Origin: Neoechinorhynchus agilis
Lineage: Eukaryota; Animalia; Acanthocephala
Direction: 5' to 3'
Assembly: GCA_051530055.1 (NCBI GenBank)
Contig: CM121342.1
Span: forward strand, 2,328,797-2,392,796
Length of the DNA: 64,000 nt
Within the stretch, counting starts at the first letter, position 1; every line of letters starts with the position of its first letter. The position numbers and the translations under genes are program-made. The notes beneath the pieces were generated by a model. The model saw nothing but the letters and a program-made list of their open reading frames with translations, did no database searches and was not told where the DNA came from. Below are positions 12,198-23,545 of this stretch, piece after piece.

Positions 12198-12420
12198 GTC
12201 ACTTTGTTCCTTTTGGCGTCGAGACGCTGGGTCGTTTGGTAGCGCGGCGCAGGACTTGGTCAAGGGATTGAGGCGAATCACTGGCGATCCGAGATCAGGA
12301 GCATTCCTACTACAAAACATAAGTCTGACTGTGCATTGCCAAGGAACACTACATCCATCCTTTCGACCTTTACACCAGGACGGCAGCTGAGCGATCCAGA
12401 GCGGCGGTATGAATGATTTC
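12198..12420 (+). mobile_element. CRE C-terminal/3'-end fragment
   Basis: HFVPFGVETLG..TGDPRSGAFLLQNISL..SILSTFTPGRQLSDPERRYE*. Confidence 0.85.
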
Positions 12421-12489
12421 ATGTCTTCGCAATTAAAATAATTTTTTTACTTTTGGGATTTTACTTGCCCCAACACGCTCGCAGCGTCC

Positions 12490-12775
12490 CACTTACGGGA
12501 TGCCACTTCAAAGCCAGGAGCAGTCGCCAGCTTCAGCGAGGAAAGGAAGCGGCATAAGTACTAATCGCATGATGGGCATCAATTTGTATTCATCTCCATT
12601 GCGGTGGAAACGCTGGGATGCCTCGGAAAAGAAGCCGATTATTTCCTTTCCCGACTGGGAAAGATGCTGAAATATGCCACCGGCGACATGCGCTCCAGCA
12701 GCTTCCGGTTGTAGCGAATCAGCGCGGCGATCCAACGCGGCAATGCCGCGGCCATCAAGGAAGCTGCCGAACAAT
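12490..12775 (+). mobile_element. C-terminal fragment of a different CRE subfamily
   Basis: EERKRHKY..IAVETLGCLGKEADYFLSRLGK..ATGD..RISAAIQRGNAAAI. Confidence 0.85.
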
Positions 12776-13478
12776 CATAACAAACGTATTCCATCAGATG
12801 ATTCGATATAAAAACATCAATAAAGCCATTAGCAGATTTATGCATATCATCCAAAAAGGTCATAGTTTTCTAAACAAAATTTTAGTCAATTTTTGCTGCA
12901 ATTCTGAGCGGTCTGGTTCTTTTGCCCGGATTCAGACTCATTTGTTAACCATCTTTATAAAATACAGTATATAATCTTTATATAAAAAAATCGATTCTGA
13001 GAATTGTCGTCTATGTATAAACGTGCCAACATTTAAGACATTTTCATCAGAGAGAAGTATATGTGTTTCTTTCAAATCGCAGATATTAATTATACGAACG
13101 AAGTTGTATTGGTCGTTTGGATACGAATCGGCCTCTGAAATTTTAAATTAATATAGGAGATAAGTTAAAAAGGAGATGCCGTTATCATCCAGGATAAAAA
13201 ATATTTTATTTAATAGAAATATTTCGCGATTGATCAGATTAATTTACAATGATTGACGCAGCTATGCTTCCTCTTTCGAAATATCTCAATAAAATATTTT
13301 CAGACCGCCGAGGGGGTGATTATGATAACAACATCTGTAACTCTATCTGCCCCAGGGATTTTTTCTTAGTTTTAAGTGAGAAAATGCACAATTAAACAAT
13401 TATCATACGACTAAAGCACTAGTTTAATCTGTTAATAACATGATTTTTATAGCTAAAATCTGGAATGTTTCGTAAATC

Positions 13479-14030
13479 CTAAATTTTACGATTTACGACA
13501 TTTTTGAACCGGTCAAACATCATCATCATAAACTGAAATCCCATGCGATCCATTTTGGCAAGGCACTCAATGTATGGATCGAAGCATTTGGCTATTTCGA
13601 GAACATGTTTATCCGGTAGATGCTTTGGCGGCTTTCCTATTTTCGTATATTTTTCGTATAGTTTATCCCTAGTTTTTAGAAGCTTAATGATTGTCTCCAT
13701 CCTGATATCGTTGCAATAACATCCTTCGTTTAACTTTATCAGATTAAGAAGGTTTCCAAAAATCCCATTGAAATATCGGAGCACATCATCGCGAACTGGA
13801 ACGTCCTCTACAGCCGCCGTATTTATTACACTTTGAAGGTACGAGGACGGATCTGTTGCCATTGTAGTTTTAGAATTTGCCCCTGGGGCTTCCTGGTTCG
13901 AATGCCTTTTTAAGTATTCCATTTTTAGTTCCGTTTTCAAAGCATTTTGGTTTGAGGCTCGACCACAAGTGACTGTGAATGGATAGAGTAGAAAAGAAAG
14001 GATCACGGTGAAGATAGAATGATACATCAA
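13479..14030 (-). CDS. Orphan secreted protein, copy 2 (183 aa)
   Basis: Intact ORF differing from copy 3 by one residue. It lies in duplicate block ~13135-14195. Confidence 0.82.
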   Translation of the reverse strand: MMYHSIFTVILSFLLYPFTVTCGRASNQNALKTELKMEYLKRHSNQEAPGANSKTTMATDPSSYLQSVINTAAVEDVPVRDDVLRYFNGIFGNLLNLIKLNEGCYCNDIRMETIIKLLKTRDKLYEKYTKIGKPPKHLPDKHVLEIAKCFDPYIECLAKMDRMGFQFMMMMFDRFKNVVNRKI

Positions 14031-14240
14031 TAAATACCTTGGTATAATCCTTTCTAGTATATAATTTGGAGATGTTAAATAGTTCGAAGATTGTGTACTA
14101 GCAACTAAAAGATATATTGACTATAAACAAACTTAGTTTCCTATGGCAAGTATAATTCTGTAAACATCGAGTGAACGAAAATACACTGTGAATAAACAAA
14201 ATGTGGACTCTCAAAAGGGGAATATTTAAAAACTTACGAG

Positions 14241-14285
14241 TAAACTGATGATGAAGAACCTGACAAGGTTCGAAACGTGTTTTTT
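14241..14285 (+). ncRNA. Degenerate minimal hammerhead-like motif
   Basis: CTGATGA-TGAA-GAACC(tgacaa)GGTTC-GAAA-CGTG. Stem II is perfect, but there is an extra TGA and a non-permissive GUG triplet. Confidence 0.55.
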
Positions 14286-14723
14286 AAATTATTTACCAGG
14301 TGAAGGCTTTTAAAAAGTAATCCTAGCTCTTGTAGCTTATTTATTTGCACATGCTTATTGTTTTATTTGTCAATAGTTACCTATCGCTTCATTCTTTTGT
14401 CATCTATAAGCACAGTAGTTAGAGGCTGAAGTAAAGTAGAAGCTGAGTTTGAGTGATCTCTTAGCTCCTCAATCCTTCATTTCCCTTAGATTACCTTAAA
14501 GAACCAATAAGACATTTCCTTTTATTCTTTTCGCTCATTTTTCTAAAAAGGTCACGTATTTTATTATAAAGTTCTCCCTGTAATTCAATTGTTTTCCTAT
14601 GAAATTTTTGTAGCTTTAGGGCTAAAGCGACGTATTTTATAAATCGGTAAAATTATGTTTTTTTCACAAACAATCTACATACACAAAATTATACGTTAAA
14701 TAGGGCCTTTTCAACCACACAAA

Positions 14724-15168
14724 ATGAACATTGCTGCGTCTCTTTTCGCATTATTGATTCTTAATAATGTGAAAACTCAAATTTCACCAGCCCTGTGCAT
14801 AGTTTAACTGTTCATTTTATCAATCGTTTTGATAGAGTGAAAAGTTGAGCATAAATTGTACCACCGAAAACGATGACCGATGCACCTCTTTAAGCAATAA
14901 ATGGCAATATTGGTCCAAATTCATCCTTTGTCGATATGGATGCGAGAAGGTCATATCTCAATTTTCCGATAAAAATTTGTCTGTTCAAAGAGGATGTATA
15001 AAAATGGATCTTTCAAATGAAACAAATAATTGTTATCGACGAGATAATTTGCAAGTAGTGTGCTATTGCTTTACTCATCTATGCAATTCAGAAGTTTATA
15101 CGTGTGCATTGAGTTTACTTCTTCTATGTACTATTTTAATATTGAACATTTTCCAAACTGGTTTTTAA
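14724..15168 (+). CDS. Ly6/uPAR three-finger (quiver/sleepless-like) protein, probably GPI-anchored; 2 exons
   Basis: Signal-peptide exon 14724-14801 joins in frame across a 34-bp GT-AG intron (14802-14835). Cys-rich domain ending CYCFTHLCN, then a hydrophobic tail. Confidence 0.8.
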
Positions 15169-15709
15169 AATAAAATTTTAAGTGAAAACTAGGCATGGCT
15201 TTGAATAAGAATAACAATGACATTGGTTAAAATTTTAAATCCCAACGCAATCACGCGTCAAATTTACAACAAATATTTCGTCTAAAAACTCGACTGGTCG
15301 TACCTAAGAAATTTCATGAGAACTGTGCATTAGCTAATACATAACAAAAAATTAATTCGACTAAATCGTAAATGGCCGAAACATCAATGATTTTTTATTT
15401 GTTTATTTACTTCAATAACTGCAAAAATGAGACTAATAAAATTTGCGCATTTCTTAAAACTCATAATTACTCATTTCTAGAGATCAAATAACCTTTTTTA
15501 TAGATTGAACACTATTTCCATAATATCGTAACACTTAAACAAACACTGAACATTTCAAAGTTTAAATTTTTGCATCTGGCTACTTTTCTCGCTGAACTTC
15601 TCAATCTGAAGACACGCTGCGTCATACTAAGGGACAAATCCAGTTTAGTCGACAGTTTATTCGACGATTTCTCGAATCCGATTGTAAAGGAAAAATTCAA
15701 ATATCTCTT

Positions 15710-15840
15710 CATTGTATGTGATAAGAGTCGGATCGAGCGATAACTACTGCATTCTGCTGGATTGCCATTCGTTTTCCACATTGGCACAGTGTTATTAGGT
15801 CTCAAGTCAGTGGGCCTCCCTAGCATTGGGATCAATTTTC
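15710..15840 (-). mobile_element. RTE-like LINE RT fragment
   Basis: TVPMWKTNGNPAECSSYRSIRLLSHTMK resembles RT domain 0/1 (PIxKxKG..C.NYRPI.LLSH.MK). Confidence 0.65.
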
Positions 15841-16329
15841 ACAACCATAAATCGGGTCGGGAAAAATTTGAAAGTAATCAAGAGCTACTTTATAAACTTC
15901 AATCGCAAGTTTAAAAAATGATTACATTTTCATCGCGATCGCTTTCCTTTTACAAACTATTTGACAATTCTATTAAAGTTCAATGGTATCATAGTAATCA
16001 AATTATGATCCTTCCTTCATTTTGCGCCAGAAGTAATGATATTTAATCACTGAAAAATTCCAGAGACATCGCATAAAGGTCGGAACAATAATACAAAAAT
16101 AAATTTCTGAAGCGAACTTACACCTTCTAACAATATGATTTATGTCGGACCTCGACATATACACAATCAGTTGTTTTTTAACGAAGAAATTAAAATGATT
16201 TTATTTTTAAAATCCGCTATTTCAGCACAATATTGTACGCCTTTATCAAGATCTAAAAAATCACGTGGAGGATGGAGCCTAAAGTCCGCCTAATTTCCCG
16301 GTCTACCGTTTCCACTTGGCGGCCTTCTA

Positions 16330-16760
16330 TGCAAAGAAAACAATGTGCCAGAAGTCAAAACAAAAAGCCTTCATAGGTGCACCATTCGTCGATGATGAGC
16401 TATTAACTACAATTAACAACCTGATCAAATTTACACCAAGAAAGCTAAGCAACTAAGCTCAACGGTGAAGAAACGCGAAGAACATCAAGGCAAAGGAGTG
16501 GTGTACAAAATTACTTGCACCGAATGTGAAAAGTCGTTTGTGGGCCAAACCAACAATTTACAAAGGAGAATTAAATGCTCTAAGGAGAGGCACCGATGCC
16601 AGTTCCGCAATACTCAACCATTATGCACAACAAAGCAATTTCGTGGGCATTGACAACGCTACCATTTTGGCACGCAGTGAAACAATATGGGATCGTTTGA
16701 TTATGGAGGCAATGTTAAACCGCCAAGTGGAAACGGTTGAAGGGAAATTCCCCACGTGAA
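16330..16760 (+). mobile_element. Penelope-like GIY-YIG endonuclease remnant
   Basis: GVVYKITCTECEKSFVGQTNNLQRR, then a frameshifted H..IDNATILA..DRLIMEAM. Confidence 0.8.
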
Positions 16761-16949
16761 TTTTTAGAACTTGATAAATGCGTACAAGATTGTGCCTCCG
16801 AAACAGTAGTATTTTAAAATAAAATAAATTTAATTTCTCCGTCAGAAAACAACCAATATGAACAGTTTAATCTTCAAAAAAATTCAAAATTTTTTAAATT
16901 TTTTTTAATCATAACATAATAAAGTACAAAGCGTGCAATCACCATCGTC

Positions 16950-18350
16950 AGCAAAATCTTATCTTCTCCTTTTCCTCGGCTGTCGCTATCACGCTAGCAA
17001 CATTGCCTCTGTACTGCGCGCGAGATATTTTGTCGCAGGAATACACCTGCTCGTGCGTCGCCGGTCGTTTCTCTCAATTTCTTCGAGAGATCCTGGAGCA
17101 GAGTGAGTTCCGAGCTGCCAAGCGCTCCATACGTCTCTACTCCGAAGGGGACAAAATAGTGGGCCCTTGCTAATTCTCTATATTTTCGTACCTTCCTCCG
17201 TTCCGCTGCACTAGCTGCACCTCCAGCGATTTTGAGAAAGTACCGAATGTTGCTCACTGCGAGGGTGTCCACACACGTGACGATCTGGAGAAGGCATTTG
17301 CCCTCACACCACGGAAAGAGCGAAATTCCGTCAGGTCGACGACCGTCTAGTCGACAAAGATGGGCGGGTTCCAAGATGTTGGGGAAGTTCGCCGTTCTCA
17401 ACGCCGGAGAAATTGCGTTATTGATTTCAGAATGGCGTGAGAACCTTCCTCCTGACCTTCTGCAAACGAGACCGTGTCGCCCGAAAGCATCAACCAAAGA
17501 CCCACATCGACAGCGATGGGGCGTGCATATCGGGAGACCAAGTCTTAAGGACACTGCGATCATCGTTACCTCATCAGTGAGAAGAGTTCCCACAGATGCC
17601 AGAGGAACAGCCTCCAACCACGCCCCAGATTCTCGTGTCGAAACTGCCAACAATCTAGCTCGGACGACCCATCGCGAGAACCTGAAAGTAGAGAGCTGTG
17701 AGCTCTCGCGACAAGAGGTCTGTCCCAGATCGACTGTCTGAGGCCATTCACGGGAACATGGTTAGCGCCTGTCTGCTGGCACCATTCTTCAACCGCCACC
17801 ACAAAATCCCGGTCAAGACAAAACTTTTCCCTCAAAATGTTTTCGATACCAATAGGATCCCCTCAAACGATCCAAGAAAGGCCGGCAAAGCAAGGTCTAC
17901 TAGTGCCCGAATTCCCAATCCCCCAGATGACACAGGCAAAGAAGCTTGTCGCCACGCCTCATCTGAGAGCTGGACATTTAAAATACGCTCGAGGCATGCC
18001 CTCACCTTATCGTCCAGCTTTGCCAATCCTTTTTTGTGTTTGAAAAATGTTGCTGTGTGAACCTTGTACAATAATTTGGGGATGAAGAGCTCCTTCTTTA
18101 TGAGAAATAACGCTTCATGAGCCGAGAGAGCGCTCACGCTATCGCACAGCAACGAAAGTTTCGGTATGATACGGCCGATCTCAGCTTCCACATTTGAATC
18201 AAAGACGCGACTACCCAGGAAGCTGAGTTGCTCTGGAGTCACGAGTTTCAGACTTGGAGCTACGGCCTCGAACTCATCCATTAGGTCCTTGACTTTGGCG
18301 GCGTCTTCGATATTAAATACTAGAAGCTCACGGTGGTGGAGGCGGCATAT
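16950..18350 (-). mobile_element. 5'-truncated CRE-clade element (RT C-terminus, CCHC finger and RLE), the least decayed copy in the window
   Basis: ORFs 17832-18281 and 16994-17653: SGAWLEAVP, CRCG..HGLVC, RPDG..D..RKVRKY, FVPFGVETYG, RAVQR(G). Confidence 0.93.
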
Positions 18351-18744
18351 CGAAATATATTCGACTTTGACGATTTCTCTCGGGTGTCGAAGACCAACCG
18401 AAATAATTACATATATAACTAACTATCCGAATGCAAATCTCAACGAAACGAGTAAACTAACGATCTTGGTATCTAGGAGATCATTATATTAAATGATTTG
18501 ATTCAATATATTGGAAACATTACTAAATGGGATTTTTACCCATGTGCTGGATAAGCAAAACGGGCATTATTTCGCAATGTAAACGGGTTCATCTGACAGC
18601 GAATTTTTGAAATTTCTTTGGAACTGAAATAAAGACGCAGATTGAATCATTTGACACATTTAACGATGAGTAATTACGGGTCGAAATTTCGATGATACAC
18701 ACGAGAAGCTAAATGACACTGCTTTTTCCATCTATTCTATCAAT

Positions 18745-19335
18745 ATGCCCTCGATAATAAGAACAGCAAGGAAATCATTTACCCTCATGAAACCCCTGAA
18801 GGGCAAATGCGAGGAATACTTCGACGAATTCGGTAAGGACAGTGCTAATGAACAAGCCTCGGATATAAGGACTCTAACACATCAAATCGAGACAGAACCA
18901 AAACTTAGAGTATTCTTTGGTAGCCTCGAAGTTCCAAGTGACGGTTCCGTGTCGGCTAATCGAGCTTTTTATGCGCCTGAAATAGGTAACCTTCCAACCG
19001 GGAACAAGTGGCCGATTTGTGTGATGATTTTGGATATTAGCACGATTGACGGCGATGGCGCCGTGCCACAATTGGTATGCTTATCGATAAATGGAAGACG
19101 ATCTAAATTTGAATTTACTGGTAAAAATATTATCAAATATAGACCACCAATACGAAGATTGGGCACAAAACGCTACTGTATAATCGGATTTAATCAGTTG
19201 GATGGAGATGTAGACAACGTAAAGAAATTCAAGAAAAGATGCACTAAATACAATCGCTTTCGGTACCAAAAAGTTACGAACTATTTCAATTTCCAACCTG
19301 TGAGAGCAATGAAATTTTATGTGACGGATAAATAA
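18745..19335 (+). CDS. Divergent PEBP/RKIP-family protein (intronless, 196 aa)
   Basis: Motif order LRVFFGSLEV..P..VMILD..LVCLSING..G..IIKYRPP..GTKRY..FNQ..PVRAMKF matches the PEBP fold. Confidence 0.72.
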   Translation: MPSIIRTARKSFTLMKPLKGKCEEYFDEFGKDSANEQASDIRTLTHQIETEPKLRVFFGSLEVPSDGSVSANRAFYAPEIGNLPTGNKWPICVMILDISTIDGDGAVPQLVCLSINGRRSKFEFTGKNIIKYRPPIRRLGTKRYCIIGFNQLDGDVDNVKKFKKRCTKYNRFRYQKVTNYFNFQPVRAMKFYVTDK

Positions 19336-19784
19336 CGGAATAATTAAATGTTATTATTTGGGTTGCTTGTCAGGAGGTATCGCGTTAAAGACAATATTTC
19401 GACTAATTGAATCAGAGTCATTTTATCAATTCTATCTAAAAATTCATACAAAATTTGTCACATCGCACACCAAATGATTTTTTCGTTATGATTCGGAAAC
19501 CAGGAATCGTCGACTCCGTAGGCGAAGGCATGTCTCAAAAATTAAAGTACTAAATTCAGAAATGTTTAAGAATTCGTCTTTAACAAAAGTTACTATTTGT
19601 CGCCAAAAATTTCTTGTTTTAAAATTGGTTATGGTGATAGCATTGTCGTATAGTTTTGAAACAACTAAACGATAAAAAACGATAGCAACTAAAATTTGTT
19701 AAAATGTCGATATGTGAGGTACCGGGGAATGTGATTGGAATTATCGTTTAGGTCTACACCCGCAGTAAATGATTATTTATTAAA

Positions 19785-19818
19785 AACGTTTCGAACCTCG
19801 TCGGATTCATCATAATTT
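19785..19818 (-). ncRNA. Antisense hammerhead-like copy with a mutated core
   Basis: Reverse complement reads ATTATGAT-GAATC(cgacga)GGTTC-GAAA-CGTT. Confidence 0.5.
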
Positions 19819-19849
19819 TGTTTTTTGGAATTATTGTTTTATTACTAAC

Positions 19850-19898
19850 AAACAAACTGATGATGAGCCCGTCGAGGTTCGAAACGTCTTTAATAAAA
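19850..19898 (+). ncRNA. Minimal type I hammerhead ribozyme motif of the Penelope-associated, dimer-type kind
   Basis: CTGATGA (19857-63), T, GAGCC/GGTTC stem II, GAAA (19881-84), palindromic ACGT stem III, predicted GUC cleavage after 19888. Weak AAA/TTT stem I. Confidence 0.75.
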
Positions 19899-20854
19899 TC
19901 TATTGTTTTCAGCAAACTACAATCAAGAATTAATTTAAAGCTCGTTGGCACTTTTAAAACCGAGCTTTTGTATCTAAAGTTCTCAAATCAAACCAAAATC
20001 TCAAGCCTATTTGTTTTTATTGTTTCTATGCGCAAAATATAGTGTTAAATCTACAACTTTAATGGCGCATTTTCTTTTCTACAAGAGGCAAAATTGTAGA
20101 GCATAAAATTATTTCCATTTTTTGCATTCTTGTACAGGTAATTTTTTTATGTTTAACTTATGAAAATATGCTTTTTTCTAATCATTCTGAAATATAAAAA
20201 TGCACATTTTAATATTCACTCTTTGGCAGCATCATTAATAAAACAGTGTTGACCGCATCTAAAATCATTTTTTACAAAAATTGAGGATGGTTGAACAATC
20301 CGCTGACTCGAAGTGGCTTAAACAAGTTAATATTCGTTTAATTTTTGACGATTTCTAGAAGTTACGGGCTAATCAGGACATCCCATCATCGCTTAAATCC
20401 GAATTCATGTTTCGGTTGTTCAAAAGGTAAAAAAGGAATGAGGGTGAATGGTAGACTAAAGCAACCGTTACCGAGATTGCTAAAAGAATATTTTACATTG
20501 TGGTTAAAGCTCCTTTCTATTGTAATTCTATGTTTTTTAACATTGTTAAGGATCATAGAAAGTTGAAGTACCCTACTAAAGATTTCCCTATTGATAATAT
20601 AACTACGTTTTTATTATTTTGTTGTAAGAATAATTGCATTTATGAATTATCTTTAGACTCAGATTTTTTAAGCAATACATTTACATTAAAAGTTCACTTT
20701 TCCATTTGTATCTTTTATGGAAGTGAATGACAAATAAGAGTTGACAAGCGATTCCACGAAGAAATTGTAAACTCACTGCTGATTCACTTGTGTTGCAGAC
20801 TGCAGAAGTGCCTATAGCAACTTCTTTGAAGAAAAATCGCGCAGAGTCGTTTAA

Positions 20855-22312
20855 ATGGTACATTTTGTTGACGATGATAATACTCAATACTCGTTTACGC
20901 CGGTGATCGTATTTACATTTCTGGGATTTATACTTCAGCGATATGCTACGAGTACACCCGTGATCACTTTCGATATCTCTCAATATCTTTCTCAAGGTCT
21001 TACGATTTTCGGTGCCGTTTTATTAATGGCTAATGTGATTGTGATTCCCTTGTATTACATTGCTCAAGCCAAAGCAATGTTGCGAGTGCCAAAATGGATT
21101 AAAATATTAATGGGAGCTGGATTGTTAGCCGGATATTTGGCTGCTTCGTCCTATTTATGTTATCCTGGTAATACATCGACGGGATCAGCGCTGATTGCAG
21201 TTCGTTTGGGCGGATGTGTCATTTGTATGTTGATAACGTCCAAGTATATATCATTTTATAAGTTCTGTTTTGAAAGCGATAAAGTACCAGTGATTGGTTT
21301 TAAACATTTTATACAAGAGACCGTCATTATGGTATAGTTATATGTTTTACTGATATTTTAGAGACTTATTTACGAACTTAGTAAGTTCCCTCATGCTCGC
21401 TTTATTTGACAGAAAAGCTGTTTTACCATCATGCGTTGAAATTTTGCTTCGTATATTTTAATTTTTCACTTCCTATATTCCTTTTTTTTTATTTTCGACG
21501 TTCTCTTTAGCGCATTGTGCCAAGAACATTTTAGACGTTTTTGGAGTCGAAAATAAACCAAATAACGACCACACGGTGGGGCTAATTTTTATTTAGAATC
21601 GATTTCCTTGACGATCCTTTGTGTTATGTTCACAATGTATGATCCATGGCTGTATTTCAATCCACCTAAACGAATGTTTTACAAAGTGCGCCCCTTGATG
21701 GTATTCCGATGCTTTAGTGAACTTTTGTTCCTCATTGCGTTCAATACTATTCTAGTTGGTGACTGGATAATGCCAATTTTGACAGATCATTTCATTAAAT
21801 TTTCTAAAAACGATATTTTGCCGCTGTTAATCGTTACATGCCGTATTTCCCTCTTCGCTCCAACGTTTCATATTTCCCTATTCTATCTGTCCTTTCAACC
21901 GATGCTTAATCTAATGGCCGAATTCACTGGACTTCTTGAACGTGAATTCTATTACGATTGGTGGAATTACGACGATCTAATGCATTATTGGCATAGATGG
22001 AATCAACCAGTCCATAGGTATTTAAAGAAGATGATATACATTCCGATGGTAAAGAAGCGCGGGTATCACGTATTGATTGCAACCGAAGCGGTTTTCCTCA
22101 CTTCGGGTATCATCCACGAAGCACCCTTCGCTGTCTGTTTCGTAGAACCAACTTACGGATTTGTGGGATTTCTCGCGATTAGCCCGTTCCTTGCCATGGT
22201 GGCCAATAAGATTAAAAGCTGGAATCGGCCGTTTATGAAACTGCTTTTCCGGCTTGGCATGTGTTGGGGTGTAGCCGGAACATTCATCCACTACGACATG
22301 CTTTATTTTTAA
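20855..22312 (+). CDS. MBOAT acyltransferase, DGAT1/SOAT-like, paralog 1 (multi-exon, approximate model)
   Basis: REFYYDWWN, WHRWNQPVHRYL and AVFLTSGIIHE (catalytic His). The multi-TM first exon is homologous to paralog 2. Confidence 0.85.
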
Positions 22313-22759
22313 AAATAAACGCATCTCTTGGATATTGATTGTGATACATTGCAACTGTATCCTTTTTATATTTCCTGTTCATTAATTAGAATCTATACCG
22401 TTGGCCCGAATATAACGACGAACTTTATCAAAAGATTTCGATCTCTAGTTTTGCGTCGAAATGCGCGTTTGAACTTCTTTATATTAGACCCACTATCGCC
22501 TTTTGACACATTTTATGGACAACTTGACATTCTATAAGTTTTGTTTTAAGGCCTAGCTAATAATTGGGAATGGGATAGGTGCGACCTTTTAGATACCCAT
22601 TATTTTGCAATAATAACGCGCTCAAAGTAGAGGAATCACGTACCTTTGGATCCTCGCAAACATTCACGATCTGATAGGTTCCTTAAATGTGGCTGTTTAT
22701 TTTAGAGTGGATGATGGTTGCGCTTGTAAGGTTGGTCTTTTCTCAGGTTCGTTTCAAAT

Positions 22760-23280
22760 TATGATATCCGAGAAGATTCGGCAACATGGAAAAAGGAGTG
22801 CGAGGTCAAGGGAGGATGAGACGAATTAGGATTACGAGTGTTGCGCTCGTTTGAAATGATGAATAAAATGTGGTAGAAATTGTGGCGGTAGGGTTGATCA
22901 GCGTTTTGATCGTTTGTTGAAAATCTTATGAAGGCATTCGGTGAGAGGGGAAAGTCAACTTTGCAAATCGACGGATTTGAGATTTGGATATGTTGCAAAA
23001 GACGGGATAGCCGTAGGTTGGGGAGGGTTATTTGTAGAGATCGGGCTAAGAGACTCCCAAATGTCGGAGGCGTTTGAGGAGATAATTTTTGAAGGTGATG
23101 AGTTTGAGGAGAAAGTGTAATGTGTGAGCGCCTTTTCAGGTTTGATTGAAATTGGAGATCCAGAATTATGATAGATGTGACTGGTTGGATGTCATTTGGA
23201 AGCTCGGGGAGGAAATGGGGTTGTGGGAGAGTGAGGGATCAACTCGAAGCATTCAGAGAAGTTCAAGTAGAGTTGAGACG
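22760..23280 (-). mobile_element. Degenerate 3' fragment of a CR1/L2-like LINE
   Basis: Minus strand KNYLLKRLRHLGVS resembles RLYLLKLLRLLGVS of the LINE at 39-42.9 kb, with the same C-rich composition. Confidence 0.6.
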
Positions 23281-23545
23281 AATCTCGGATAACTGAGCAA
23301 TATCACCAAACAACCAAGCTACTTATCCGAGTTTTTAAAGACAAAACGGCCAAACCTAACGTTACCTATCTCTGTTAAGACTCAGCTTCTTCGACGAATA
23401 ACGACAGTTAGTTCTGTTATAGTCAGTTCAAACTGAAAAAGTATGATAATGTATTGTTCTCACTTGAATTCCATGAATCACTCGCATCGCAATTGACGAT
23501 ACGCTGACTTTCACAGGCGAACTTCCCTCTCAAGCGTTTGGTAAG

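Noticed and set aside
16770-16812. Hammerhead-like stretch after the GIY-YIG remnant
   Set aside because: A stem and GAAAC are present, but CTTGATAAA does not match CUGANGA. Too degenerate to call.
19515-19550. Similarity to the 18S rRNA 5' end (TGTCTCAAA.ATTAA)
   Set aside because: Only about 15 bp match, and no further rRNA sequence follows.
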